A DNA stretch of 56,447 bases, from positions 1 through 56,447 of the IMG/VR virus record IMGVR_UViG_3300034061_006146; one strand, 5' to 3'. This document shows positions 35,795-46,048 of the stretch, piece after piece. The stretch is from a virus (Duplodnaviria; Caudoviricetes). The notes beneath the pieces are model-generated. The model was not told the origin of the DNA. It was given only the letters and a program-made list of their open reading frames with translations, and searched no databases. How positions within the stretch are numbered: the stretch's first letter is position 1; each line of letters opens with the position of its first letter. The position numbers and the translations under genes were made by a program.

Positions 35795-38700
35795 ATGAAT
35801 ATTAACAATCTCGTATTTTTTGATAAAAACGGAGAATCTTATAACTTTTCACAGAACACAAGTGGAGTTTGGGAAGGAGCTGACTATTTTTTACCGGCTT
35901 CAACTGCACTGTACGATGTATCTAATCTTTTTATCCTAGAAAAAGTTGGTTCAGCCTATAAATTTCCTGCTCTAGCTCCAGGTTCAACTCTTAGCCTTAA
36001 ATGGAGGACTGCTCAAAACTCAAAGGAATTCTTTTTGTTCACAGTTGCCAAGGAGGATGAGAATATTGATTCACCAACGTACTTAAATCGAGTTAATTCA
36101 ATTGATGTCAAGTACTCTGACCTTAATCCAATAGGCTCAACTAATCTTGATCTTACGTATCCTTTACAAGTAAACGTCGGTTTTGCTCCAACTGATGAAG
36201 TTGCGTACACTCGAATCCTAGACATTTACTATGAAACTACTTCGACGACTACTCTGATAGGAACAATCACATTTTATGGAGAAGGCGAAGACGAAGACGT
36301 TAGATTTAGAGTATGGCTTGAGAATTTCGGTATTAAATTTAATAGAGAAGATGCCCTATTGCTTAAGGATTACGACCTAAAGGAAAGTTTACCGGACTGG
36401 AACAAGATAAATCAGGCCAGAAAGGAGATTCTTGTAAATAGAGATCAGATCTATCCATACGTTGGTACTTACAAAGGTCTAATAAACTTAATCAATATTT
36501 TAGGGTACCGTGATGTACTTAGAGTCAAGGAATACTGGCAGGACCGCGATACTCAGTCAGCCTACTATCAAAAGTACGCAATGGTCGATGTTACAGACCT
36601 AATGACTGAAGGTAACCTAGATTCAATTAATCTAGTTGACCTGAACGGTCAAATTAAAAAGGGCGGTAAATTTAAAAAGACTGAATTTTTAGCATTAGCT
36701 TATGAATTCTCAGTTGCTAGTGATAATTACGATGATGATGGAGTCCCAGAAGTAGAATTTACAACCGAATTTGAGGTTAACGAGATTTTCTATAAACTAA
36801 ATAGGCTTTCAACCAAGCTAAAGCAAGAGATGCTACCAGTCAATGTTGTCATCAAAGACATCATTGGCGAATTCATATACTTTCATAAATTTAACCTACG
36901 AAACTGGTCAGACGTTACCTATATTAATTCATTGGAAATCAATGATGATTATAAAGTTGTAATTAATTCGCCGGTTACTAAATCTCAATTGTTACAGATC
37001 AGAGACATCAAAACTCTCTATCCAAAAACAGTTAGTGCTCTACCGCCTTCAAACACTGTCGTAATTTCTCAATTTCCAAGTATCACATTTAATACTTCGA
37101 GCACTAGGCCTTATCAATACTCTCAAAAGTATCCGATTTCTGAAATCCCTGCCCTACTTGTAGCAATCAAAGACTACTATCAAAACTTAAATAATTATGA
37201 GTTCCAATATCATGGTCAACCCAATCCAATCATAAGCGGAGATGATATTGATGGAAAGGTTGGATGCCCAGTATCATTAGAGGCATACGTTCCAGATTTC
37301 ACAATCGCTCAGCTAGACGGATCTAAATTCTCAGATTTTTTTGGAACTCACTACACAATTGGGAATATTAAATACCGAAACGGTTATGAAATTGAATGGG
37401 ATATTACTGGACCTCAAGGCTATGTTTTTAACTGGAGAGGTAAATTACTTGATCTAGTTAAAATTCCACATATTCTACCTCATCTTGGAAAATACACGAT
37501 CAAATCAACCGTGTATGATATGCAAGGCGGTCAAAACGTAAGCTATTTACATCCAACGGTTATCACTGAGGAACCTGTGATTCAAATATTTACGAAGATC
37601 CAAGACAAGAATCGATATGACTTCCGAAATCTAGATAACGTTACAATCGGAGATCTAGCCTCAAGCCCTTTATATCAGCCATTTGCAAACGTTGTTCAAG
37701 CCGGTACAACCAGCACAGACTTACCTACTCATTACCTTGACTGGAACACCTATTCTAATAATTTTGGAGTCGGAAATCCCCAAAGAGAAGTTGAAATTTA
37801 TACTCTCGGAGTCGGGTTCGAACCTATTGATGATTCTGAAAACCACGTAGCCATTCAATGGGGTACAGGTAAAGGCGAATTTGGTCAACCGACTCTAGAA
37901 GATTATGGATTGACTACGCTCAGCGAACTGGTCATGAATCGAATGTCTGATTTGTCGTATGTTCCAGATAGAATTAACGGATTCATATTGGATCTACCGA
38001 AAATGGTCGATCCTATTAACTTCATTAACTTTCTAAATTGGGATATTCTAAATAGTTATGTAGTTTCTTCCTATGTAGATGCAGACGATCTAGCAAATCA
38101 ATTAAATTCAGCAAATGATGTCCAAGTTAGTCAATATCGTTATGTTGCACTAAACGGTAGAGTTCATGCAAGAGCGATCGACCAAGACAGAGGACTTCAC
38201 CGAATCCTAAAGGTTCTAACCTCAATGGGAAATGAGTTTAGAATAAAAACATTCTGTTATCCATTCGGAGTTTATTCACGAAATTTAATCGATAGATTAA
38301 ACTCTCAACTCTCTCAAATTGCTAGAAGAATTGATGATGATTTACTTTTCCTAAATGCTCCATTTGATGATATTTTGGAAAAGACTGGAGAGACCGCAAC
38401 TTCTAAAACATCTGGAGTAATTAGCTCAAGCTTTTCTAGCCCTTTCACTTTTACTCTAAATATGAGAAAACAATTTGAAAGTGGGACGATCGTTAGAGCA
38501 GTAAGCACCAGCGATTCAACTAAATGGGTTGAAGGGACATTCACCCAAAACTCAACATTCAATACTTTAACATTAACTGCAACTGCCTCAAATGGAGCAG
38601 GTCCATCCGGTACACCCGTATCAGAATGGAGATTTGAATATTCTAACCCAAATTCAACCGAACCTCCAATTTATGCAAATGCAAACAACATCAACTATTG

Positions 38701-39139
38701 GATAAACAAAGGATTCATTGAATTCACTAACACTGCAAGCGGACCGTCATCGACTCCGACTATATCGGTTAGAGGATTCTTACCTTCAAACTATGATCAA
38801 AACTCATTCAACCTAACCAACTTAAAGATTGGGTCAGAATGTTTAGTCTTACCTCTAGAACATCCAGTGTTTGCAGCAATTTCAAATATCGATTCCAAAA
38901 AGGAGTGCATTTGGACTCTGAAACACGTCGGAGAAGAAATTGCTAAAATTAAATCAACCTCATTTTTCATTTGGAGATTTGATGAACCTGGCGAATATTC
39001 ACTAACAGTTGATGTGACAGACGTTAATAATAACGTATTCTCATTAACTCGTGACTTTTTTGCCGCAAATACAAAGGCAATTCCTGAGTATAAGAATTAC
39101 TTAAACAATACACTAAACCGTAGAAAGGCCAAAATGTAA
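35795..39139 (+). CDS. Large virion protein, probably baseplate wedge-like, with PKD-like segments
   Basis: IYPYVGTYKGLINLINILGY and LPVNVVIKDIIGE are baseplate-wedge-like. GKYTIKSTVYD and FDEPGEYSLTVDVTD are PKD-like. Late box upstream. Confidence 0.6.
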   Translation: MNINNLVFFDKNGESYNFSQNTSGVWEGADYFLPASTALYDVSNLFILEKVGSAYKFPALAPGSTLSLKWRTAQNSKEFFLFTVAKEDENIDSPTYLNRVNSIDVKYSDLNPIGSTNLDLTYPLQVNVGFAPTDEVAYTRILDIYYETTSTTTLIGTITFYGEGEDEDVRFRVWLENFGIKFNREDALLLKDYDLKESLPDWNKINQARKEILVNRDQIYPYVGTYKGLINLINILGYRDVLRVKEYWQDRDTQSAYYQKYAMVDVTDLMTEGNLDSINLVDLNGQIKKGGKFKKTEFLALAYEFSVASDNYDDDGVPEVEFTTEFEVNEIFYKLNRLSTKLKQEMLPVNVVIKDIIGEFIYFHKFNLRNWSDVTYINSLEINDDYKVVINSPVTKSQLLQIRDIKTLYPKTVSALPPSNTVVISQFPSITFNTSSTRPYQYSQKYPISEIPALLVAIKDYYQNLNNYEFQYHGQPNPIISGDDIDGKVGCPVSLEAYVPDFTIAQLDGSKFSDFFGTHYTIGNIKYRNGYEIEWDITGPQGYVFNWRGKLLDLVKIPHILPHLGKYTIKSTVYDMQGGQNVSYLHPTVITEEPVIQIFTKIQDKNRYDFRNLDNVTIGDLASSPLYQPFANVVQAGTTSTDLPTHYLDWNTYSNNFGVGNPQREVEIYTLGVGFEPIDDSENHVAIQWGTGKGEFGQPTLEDYGLTTLSELVMNRMSDLSYVPDRINGFILDLPKMVDPINFINFLNWDILNSYVVSSYVDADDLANQLNSANDVQVSQYRYVALNGRVHARAIDQDRGLHRILKVLTSMGNEFRIKTFCYPFGVYSRNLIDRLNSQLSQIARRIDDDLLFLNAPFDDILEKTGETATSKTSGVISSSFSSPFTFTLNMRKQFESGTIVRAVSTSDSTKWVEGTFTQNSTFNTLTLTATASNGAGPSGTPVSEWRFEYSNPNSTEPPIYANANNINYWINKGFIEFTNTASGPSSTPTISVRGFLPSNYDQNSFNLTNLKIGSECLVLPLEHPVFAAISNIDSKKECIWTLKHVGEEIAKIKSTSFFIWRFDEPGEYSLTVDVTDVNNNVFSLTRDFFAANTKAIPEYKNYLNNTLNRRKAKM

Positions 39140-39158
39140 GGTCCTCCTGGTTTTCTTA

Positions 39159-39165
39159 ATAAATA
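39159..39165 (+). promoter_or_regulatory. Late promoter box ATAAATA
   Basis: Ends 25 nt before ATG 39191. Confidence 0.6.
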
Positions 39166-39190
39166 AAAAAGACAAAAAACTACCTAAAAA

Positions 39191-40258
39191 ATGGCATTTA
39201 CTAACGTAACTCTAAACACACAACCTCTATTAGAGTCAACTTTCATCTCGGACATGCGTTTAATCCTAAACGCTAACGTTTCTGTGATTAAAGGAAAGGT
39301 TGAAGATCTAATCAATACATTTGAGATAGATTTGACTAACAAGTACATTGGAGTAGACAACTACTTTAACCAAGTAAAAACAAATAACGTTATTCTTGGA
39401 AACAGCATCTCCTTCATGGACTCTACCAATACAATCGGTAGCTTAACCAAAAGCGCTGGAAAATCAATCTTATCAATTGATAGATTAGTTATTCAAGCCG
39501 GTGGAACAATTGACATGAGCGGCACTGCAAACACAATGGCAGTTAAGAGATTGGGAATCGGAATTCCATTAGCTAGTGTTACAGCGGATGGATTTTACGT
39601 TGGAAGTTCAACTGTTTCAGTACCTTCACAATTCAATGGTGAAGCAGCTTTCCCAAAACAAGCAATAACTCAAAGTACAGAAGGTAGTACAAATACAGTA
39701 GTCACAACAACGGCGTTGAACACCGGCGGTGTTGATTACTATTACGGAACTTTAAAATTAACTAAGTCAAGTAAACAATTCATCTACTTAACAGTTAGAG
39801 CAGCAGATACTAATCCAACTTCATCAAAACCAGTAATCATATTCGTTTATGAAGATCCAGCAGATAGACCTGATCCTGGACAAACTTTTACAGTCATCAT
39901 TAGAGAATACCAAACCTCTGCTAGTGTTGATGTTGCTGTTACCAGTTGGGGAGCTATTCAAATTGTTCCAGGATTTACAAACACTGCTTCTGGGACGCCA
40001 GTTCTTTTAGACGGTAGCTCATTAGGAGTTGCGGCTACTCCGACAGCAGCAATCACTGCACTTTCTTCAAATCATTACATCCAATTATTCAATGGAAATG
40101 TTCAATCAGGATTAGGTACTTCCGATCTTGGAGGAACTGCTCTAAGAAAGTTTGGATCATCAGTTAGCTTAACGAAATACGAAACAATTGGTGCTCCAAC
40201 CGTCACATCATCAAGATTCGTGATCACAAGCTCTCATAATATAAAAACAGTAAACTAA
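39191..40258 (+). CDS. Putative virion structural protein (T/S/G-rich)
   Basis: 355 aa, beta-rich composition. N-terminus (ISDMRLILNAN) resembles a fibre shoulder. Confidence 0.6.
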   Translation: MAFTNVTLNTQPLLESTFISDMRLILNANVSVIKGKVEDLINTFEIDLTNKYIGVDNYFNQVKTNNVILGNSISFMDSTNTIGSLTKSAGKSILSIDRLVIQAGGTIDMSGTANTMAVKRLGIGIPLASVTADGFYVGSSTVSVPSQFNGEAAFPKQAITQSTEGSTNTVVTTTALNTGGVDYYYGTLKLTKSSKQFIYLTVRAADTNPTSSKPVIIFVYEDPADRPDPGQTFTVIIREYQTSASVDVAVTSWGAIQIVPGFTNTASGTPVLLDGSSLGVAATPTAAITALSSNHYIQLFNGNVQSGLGTSDLGGTALRKFGSSVSLTKYETIGAPTVTSSRFVITSSHNIKTVN

Positions 40259-40272
40259 TTTAATTAAGTACT

Positions 40273-42447
40273 ATGGCAGTTGCACCATTAATAAAACCAA
40301 TACAGACGCAGAAAGGAATGTTCTATTCATTCCAAAGCGCTATTGAGGACCTAAGCTTAACGTTTAATAATAACACAAATAAGTTTAGATTTTCAAAGTT
40401 CGCGTTGTTACGTATTCCAGAGATTGGGATTCCAGCAACAATGCAAACTGATAATAAAGTTCAGTTCCTAGCCCTTGGTGAAACTCCTTTGCTTAATAAC
40501 TTATCAACTAATGAAAATATTAACCTAGCTAATAGTTTTCAAAACTATGCTCTAAACTTTGAGAGCTTATTAATTTCTCAATCAACTTATAATCGTGAAA
40601 AGAAACTAAATGTTTCAGAAAGAGTTTTTTGGAAATGGCTAAAGGAATTAGGAGCAGTCCGTTGGAGAGATGCAACGTCAGCTGAGGTTATTCAAACTCT
40701 ACCTGCTGGTGAAAAGCGCTGGGCTGAGGATTGGTTCAATCCAACTCTATCAACCTATGATCGAGTAGTTAAGTATATCGGAGAAATTGATGTAGTTAAT
40801 TCAGTTCGCAGTAAAGATAATTCGTACAGTGAATTATACATTCACGTTCCAACAAATGTGGGTTCAACTCCAACTGTTCTTTTCAATTCAAAACCTGATG
40901 AGAATTACGGACCTGGAATGTTGATCGTTAATACACCAGGCGATCCATTAGATGTTGAGTACTTAAACGGTAGACATTATAATGATACTCACCCATTTGC
41001 TGGAATGAGCCTTGAAGCATTCTATGATCTAGATACAAATTCAGTTAGTACAAAGATCTCTGATACTCTAACCGTTCAGCCTACAACTACTGGATTTTGG
41101 TGGGGAGCTTCATCGATTAATAATTCGTACTACACAGATCAAGCTGCGTATTTTGGAACTCCGTATGGTGTCACAAGTTCAAATCCTAAAGTTCAAAGAA
41201 TTTTCAAGAATCACAATAGCGGTACGCGAACAGTAGAATATCTACGTTCAACGCTAGACGGTGTTGTAATCGATTTTAATCTATCAAACTATTTGATAGC
41301 TTCTCAAAATCCAGCCATTAAATCTTTCTCTCAATTAAATGATAGTTACACAAATGAAGATTTTGAATTTAATGCAATCCTAATTTATTATGATGTGTAT
41401 GATCCTGCACCAAATGCGGTTGCTGGAACAGAGCCAGTTAGCGTAACTAATTTATACGGTGTTTATTTCTTAAATAAAGTTGTTCAAAGTGGCAGTGAAT
41501 TCATTATTCCAATGATCACCAAGAATAAACCAGATACAATCAATAAAACAAACGGTAATTCATTTGCATTTAAAGTTAACGTTAAGTTCGATACATCAAT
41601 CGAAGATGTGGCAGTTGAAAAATCAGTGAATGATTATAATACTTTTTCGTTAAATTTATTTACTGATGTTTTAACCGAAATGCGAAGTCTACAGACAAAG
41701 TTTAACGATAAGCTCCTAGAACTTAACACACTATCCGATGAAGTTGACTTAGCTAAAGACGCTCTATTAAATACAACTGCTCTAAAAAGCCTAGCCACTA
41801 GAATCAGCGTGATTGAAACTACCGTTGCTGCCTCAACTGCTGCATTTGCAGAAGCCTCAGCAATAATGGATTTAATTGATTCAACTAATGCAAGGATTGA
41901 TGAAATCTTGAGTAATACTACGTCACTACAAATAAAATACAATACGGATTCCTTTAAACCAGGCTATGGAGTCTTTTTAGATAAGAGAATTCCTGGAGAA
42001 ATCACGTTCTATTCTGACATTCAAGCTTTTTCTAAAATCATTGAATCAGACTTTAGTTCAAATACACTAGGTTCAAGAACTGAAAGCTTAGGAATTGGTG
42101 GAACTCAAATTCGACACTTAAAAGTTAATGGATCAGGAAATCCAATTCCGTGGACAATGGACCGTAATTTAACGTTGTTCATTGATGATTCATTTAATAC
42201 TTGGAGGGCAGGTCAATCATTAAAAATAGTTTGTGATTCTCAAATCATTCCAGATTCTTACACTATCACAATAAAAACGGATTCACAGGACATCGTTAAT
42301 GCAGGAAGCCAATACAGCGTAATAATTGCAACATTGACCTCAGCCGATTTCATAACAACGTATGGCCGAACTGGAAAACCTATTATTGAAATAGTATGTA
42401 AGGATCCTAAAACTTTAACGTTCGTCGTCGATAAAATAATTAGATAA
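40273..42447 (+). CDS. Putative virion (baseplate/tail) protein
   Basis: 724 aa in the late cluster, with a coiled coil near the C-terminal third. Confidence 0.6.
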   Translation: MAVAPLIKPIQTQKGMFYSFQSAIEDLSLTFNNNTNKFRFSKFALLRIPEIGIPATMQTDNKVQFLALGETPLLNNLSTNENINLANSFQNYALNFESLLISQSTYNREKKLNVSERVFWKWLKELGAVRWRDATSAEVIQTLPAGEKRWAEDWFNPTLSTYDRVVKYIGEIDVVNSVRSKDNSYSELYIHVPTNVGSTPTVLFNSKPDENYGPGMLIVNTPGDPLDVEYLNGRHYNDTHPFAGMSLEAFYDLDTNSVSTKISDTLTVQPTTTGFWWGASSINNSYYTDQAAYFGTPYGVTSSNPKVQRIFKNHNSGTRTVEYLRSTLDGVVIDFNLSNYLIASQNPAIKSFSQLNDSYTNEDFEFNAILIYYDVYDPAPNAVAGTEPVSVTNLYGVYFLNKVVQSGSEFIIPMITKNKPDTINKTNGNSFAFKVNVKFDTSIEDVAVEKSVNDYNTFSLNLFTDVLTEMRSLQTKFNDKLLELNTLSDEVDLAKDALLNTTALKSLATRISVIETTVAASTAAFAEASAIMDLIDSTNARIDEILSNTTSLQIKYNTDSFKPGYGVFLDKRIPGEITFYSDIQAFSKIIESDFSSNTLGSRTESLGIGGTQIRHLKVNGSGNPIPWTMDRNLTLFIDDSFNTWRAGQSLKIVCDSQIIPDSYTITIKTDSQDIVNAGSQYSVIIATLTSADFITTYGRTGKPIIEIVCKDPKTLTFVVDKIIR

Positions 42448-42452
42448 ACTAA

Positions 42453-45400
42453 ATGGCAGATAAATCATCACTAACCGATTACTTAGCAGAGCTTGGAGTT
42501 GATATTAACAACATGCAAGAATTCTTGCTTAAACTTAACACGTCCTTATCGACTAAGGCCAATTCAGTTAGTGTCACTCAAATTTTACAGGATGGATCTA
42601 CTGCAAAATACAATATTCCGTCCTTTGGTTATCTAAACACCCAAATTCAAAATATTGAAGAAAAGTTTAATAGCTTATTAAGCGGTAATGCAAATCAATT
42701 AGGAGTCAAGGATAAAGACGGTAATTTAAGAACTTTTGAACTAAAGGACATCTCTACTGTGATTGATGACTTAGAAAGAGTAAGCTCAACTGGAGTCGCA
42801 GTGCCGGCAGCCTTTAATTATAAAACAAATTGGTTCTTTGAATCTTTCTTGAATCCATTGCTCTATGTTAATATCGACACATCAACGATAACAACGGATC
42901 CAGATATTAATAAATTTGAAGTTATCCGAGTAATCATAACTTCTCAAATTGCCAGTGATACTCAATACTTTGATGCTACTTATAAAGGTAAAAACGATTT
43001 ACTGTATTCAGCTGTAATCAAAGATCTAAACAATCGAGGTATTCAATACTTTGAAGATACTGCTGAACTATTACTTTCACCAGCTAAAAACACGGTTAGA
43101 GGAGCATTTGACGTTCTCGATATTTTAGAAGACAGTGAGACTGAGCTAGTCGGTGGACAAACTTTGACTTCTAGCATACGTACTTACCGTCTAAATACTT
43201 TACAATACGTTGGCTTAACTGATAGTACATCAAGTGGAACTATTGAAAAGACCCTAAAGAGAGGAGATCACTTAATCACTACAGATAATAGTGAATTTAT
43301 AATTAAATCAGTTGACACTAATTCTCGCACAATAGTACTTGAACTCGTTTTTGGTTCAAGTGGAATTGCAATGGGCCGTGACCAATTAAGAATCAAGCCG
43401 ATTCTTGAAAGATCTACGCTTGTTCAATTAAACGTTGGATACAATGAAAGAAACCTAATTTTCCTAAGACCAGTTAGCGATAGGCTTGCCGTAACCACCG
43501 ACCAGTACTCTCAAGGCTTTGGAATTTACACCAACGATCTAACTATAACAATGCAAAACGGTAAAGAGTTGAACTTAACTCAATTTTACCAAAATTTTGT
43601 GTCAGATTTTGGACTACTTTTCTTGAATTATGCAAAGGAGAAAAAATTACCTGCATCGTTAGGTGAGAGCCCAAATCCGGTTGTTGCAACCGCTACTAAT
43701 TTTAAAGTTATTCAAATAGACCAGCATATACAAGATGCTGATAATACTCTTGCGGTAAAACAAAAGATTGCAGCAAAGGAGCAAAGTTCATCTCAGATCT
43801 CTGAGCTTGATAAGCAAATTAGCGCAACTCGAGCTAACTTAAATACAAATGCTTCATTAAATGAAGGTCAAAAGCTAAAACTCGAGCAGGACTTAAAAAC
43901 CTATGCGGATCGCCGATTGACTCTTAGTAAGACTTTGCAGAGTCTAGTGTCGGATATTACAACATCAATCAAATCAACTCCAAGTTTCATAACTAATCCA
44001 GAATACAGAGTTAGAGGTTTTTGGGCTATTCCAGAACCTAGACAGACTCTACACGGATTACAAAACGTTGCTCAATTTAAAATATCTTATCGTACTCTAA
44101 GTAAGACCGGTAGCAGTAAAACTGCCGATCAAATAGAGTTCGTTGATGCTAATGGAAATAAAGTAACTGGAGCATTCTCTCCGTGGAGAGAATACTTATC
44201 TAAGGCCAGAACCAAGAAATTAAATACATCAACTGGTTATTATGAATGGGCTGATGAAAATTTAGCTGACCCAGATGCAGTTAACTCAAACCAATTAGAC
44301 ATTCCAATTAAAAAAGGCGAAGTTATTGAAATCAGAATCAAGAGTTTATCTGAAGCAGGTTGGCCAGATTCTCCAATTGAATCAGTTTGGTCTGATAGTA
44401 TTCTTGTTGAATTTCCAGCTAATATTGAAACAGTAGAAGACGCAACCATCGTATCTCAACAAGCATTCGCAGATGAGGCACGACTTAACTTTCAAGATGA
44501 ATTAAATTCAAAAGGACTAGACATTCACCTTTCCACCGCATTCACGACTCGTGACAAGTACTATGCTCACAAAGCAGAAGATATAGCAAGCGGATTTTTT
44601 GCAAGCGATGGAAACATTGTTGACCTTTACACAAAACTAAAGGCAATTGCCGATGACCTATCAGCAGTTCAAACTTCAATTTCTACTGGTGCTGGAGCCC
44701 TAAAAGTAAGTATTATTGATCAATTAGGTAATGAAAAAGAAGTAAAGAACGGAGATTCAATTTCTCTTTTTGCTGGATATTATAAAGATCTAATCAAAGA
44801 CACTAGTGTAACTCCAGTACAATACACTCATGGAAAAGTAGTAGCCGTTCAGTACATTGTACAATTACAAAACACTTCACAAACTGCATTACAATTAATT
44901 TCAACTCTAGCTGGCGGAATTGGAGTTCCAGCAGATGCCTCAAATCCAACAGCGTTCCCTACCTCTAATTATCATAAGAATTTAAGGTATGATCGAGTTC
45001 CTATTGTAATCAATAATGCAACTGATCAAACCATCAGTAACTTTGCGCAAAAAGATGGATACCAATCTGGACAAGTTCAAAGCCAATTCATGTACGCTAG
45101 GTACAAAGACATTACTTTAGCAAATGATTTATATGCAGGAGACGGTATTCAACCAGCATTTTATCCGTACGCCAACGCTGGCAATTATAATTACGGAGGT
45201 TGGCTAATAGGTTCAACCTACGTGCCTTACTCATACGGTCACTATCTTCCATTTGATCCAACACTGTCCGTTACTCCTTACCCAACGGTCGCTAATGCAA
45301 ATGTATGGAATGGGACATTGACTGGATCAGTACCAAACGGCGGAGGTAAATTAAGCGAATTTTGCATACATAAAGATCATCCGCTCATAGATACTGCATG

Positions 45401-46031
45401 GAATCAATCAACTTGGGTGCCAGCTAGACCTTCTTATGCAAGCGGTGACACGCTTCAAAAATACTTACCGTTTAGCCAAGCCATACACTGTGAAATAACT
45501 GAGGCTGAAGTAACGAATGTGTTTGGTGCAAACTACTTACAACAAGCAGCGTATCAAAGACCTGCTAATCCAACACTAGGTACACCTTCCGCTAGTTTAA
45601 ATGACAATATGTATCCTATCAAAAACGGATTCTTAAATAATGATGAGTATTTGATAGGAAAATACACATGTGGCGCCTACTTATACATGGCACCATCCAA
45701 TTATTCTGCAATATCAGTTGCAGGATTAAGCCCGTCTGGTGCAACTAAACCGCTTGCAAACGGAGCGGCTAATGCAATTAAGATTCCTCTAATATTCCAA
45801 TTTAGAGCATCTGATAAACTTGGGTACATTGGTGGTTGGAGATTAGCGAATCCTACTGGTTTAAAAAATGTAAAGTATTCTAAGAAATTAGGACTGGACA
45901 TATATTCAGTAGGCTCAGTATTCTCATTTGATGTGACTGTTGGAACACAATATGAAAAAGAAACAGCAGTAGTTGTTCCACTTAGCCAGCTTGATATTGC
46001 AACCTTTAGTGCGGTCGGTGCAGCAGATTAA
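42453..46031 (+). CDS. Putative virion protein with central coiled coil
   Basis: 1192 aa in the late cluster; FN3-like IRIKSLSEAGWP...SVWS segment. Confidence 0.6.
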   Translation: MADKSSLTDYLAELGVDINNMQEFLLKLNTSLSTKANSVSVTQILQDGSTAKYNIPSFGYLNTQIQNIEEKFNSLLSGNANQLGVKDKDGNLRTFELKDISTVIDDLERVSSTGVAVPAAFNYKTNWFFESFLNPLLYVNIDTSTITTDPDINKFEVIRVIITSQIASDTQYFDATYKGKNDLLYSAVIKDLNNRGIQYFEDTAELLLSPAKNTVRGAFDVLDILEDSETELVGGQTLTSSIRTYRLNTLQYVGLTDSTSSGTIEKTLKRGDHLITTDNSEFIIKSVDTNSRTIVLELVFGSSGIAMGRDQLRIKPILERSTLVQLNVGYNERNLIFLRPVSDRLAVTTDQYSQGFGIYTNDLTITMQNGKELNLTQFYQNFVSDFGLLFLNYAKEKKLPASLGESPNPVVATATNFKVIQIDQHIQDADNTLAVKQKIAAKEQSSSQISELDKQISATRANLNTNASLNEGQKLKLEQDLKTYADRRLTLSKTLQSLVSDITTSIKSTPSFITNPEYRVRGFWAIPEPRQTLHGLQNVAQFKISYRTLSKTGSSKTADQIEFVDANGNKVTGAFSPWREYLSKARTKKLNTSTGYYEWADENLADPDAVNSNQLDIPIKKGEVIEIRIKSLSEAGWPDSPIESVWSDSILVEFPANIETVEDATIVSQQAFADEARLNFQDELNSKGLDIHLSTAFTTRDKYYAHKAEDIASGFFASDGNIVDLYTKLKAIADDLSAVQTSISTGAGALKVSIIDQLGNEKEVKNGDSISLFAGYYKDLIKDTSVTPVQYTHGKVVAVQYIVQLQNTSQTALQLISTLAGGIGVPADASNPTAFPTSNYHKNLRYDRVPIVINNATDQTISNFAQKDGYQSGQVQSQFMYARYKDITLANDLYAGDGIQPAFYPYANAGNYNYGGWLIGSTYVPYSYGHYLPFDPTLSVTPYPTVANANVWNGTLTGSVPNGGGKLSEFCIHKDHPLIDTAWNQSTWVPARPSYASGDTLQKYLPFSQAIHCEITEAEVTNVFGANYLQQAAYQRPANPTLGTPSASLNDNMYPIKNGFLNNDEYLIGKYTCGAYLYMAPSNYSAISVAGLSPSGATKPLANGAANAIKIPLIFQFRASDKLGYIGGWRLANPTGLKNVKYSKKLGLDIYSVGSVFSFDVTVGTQYEKETAVVVPLSQLDIATFSAVGAAD

Positions 46032-46048
46032 AATATTAATATAAATTC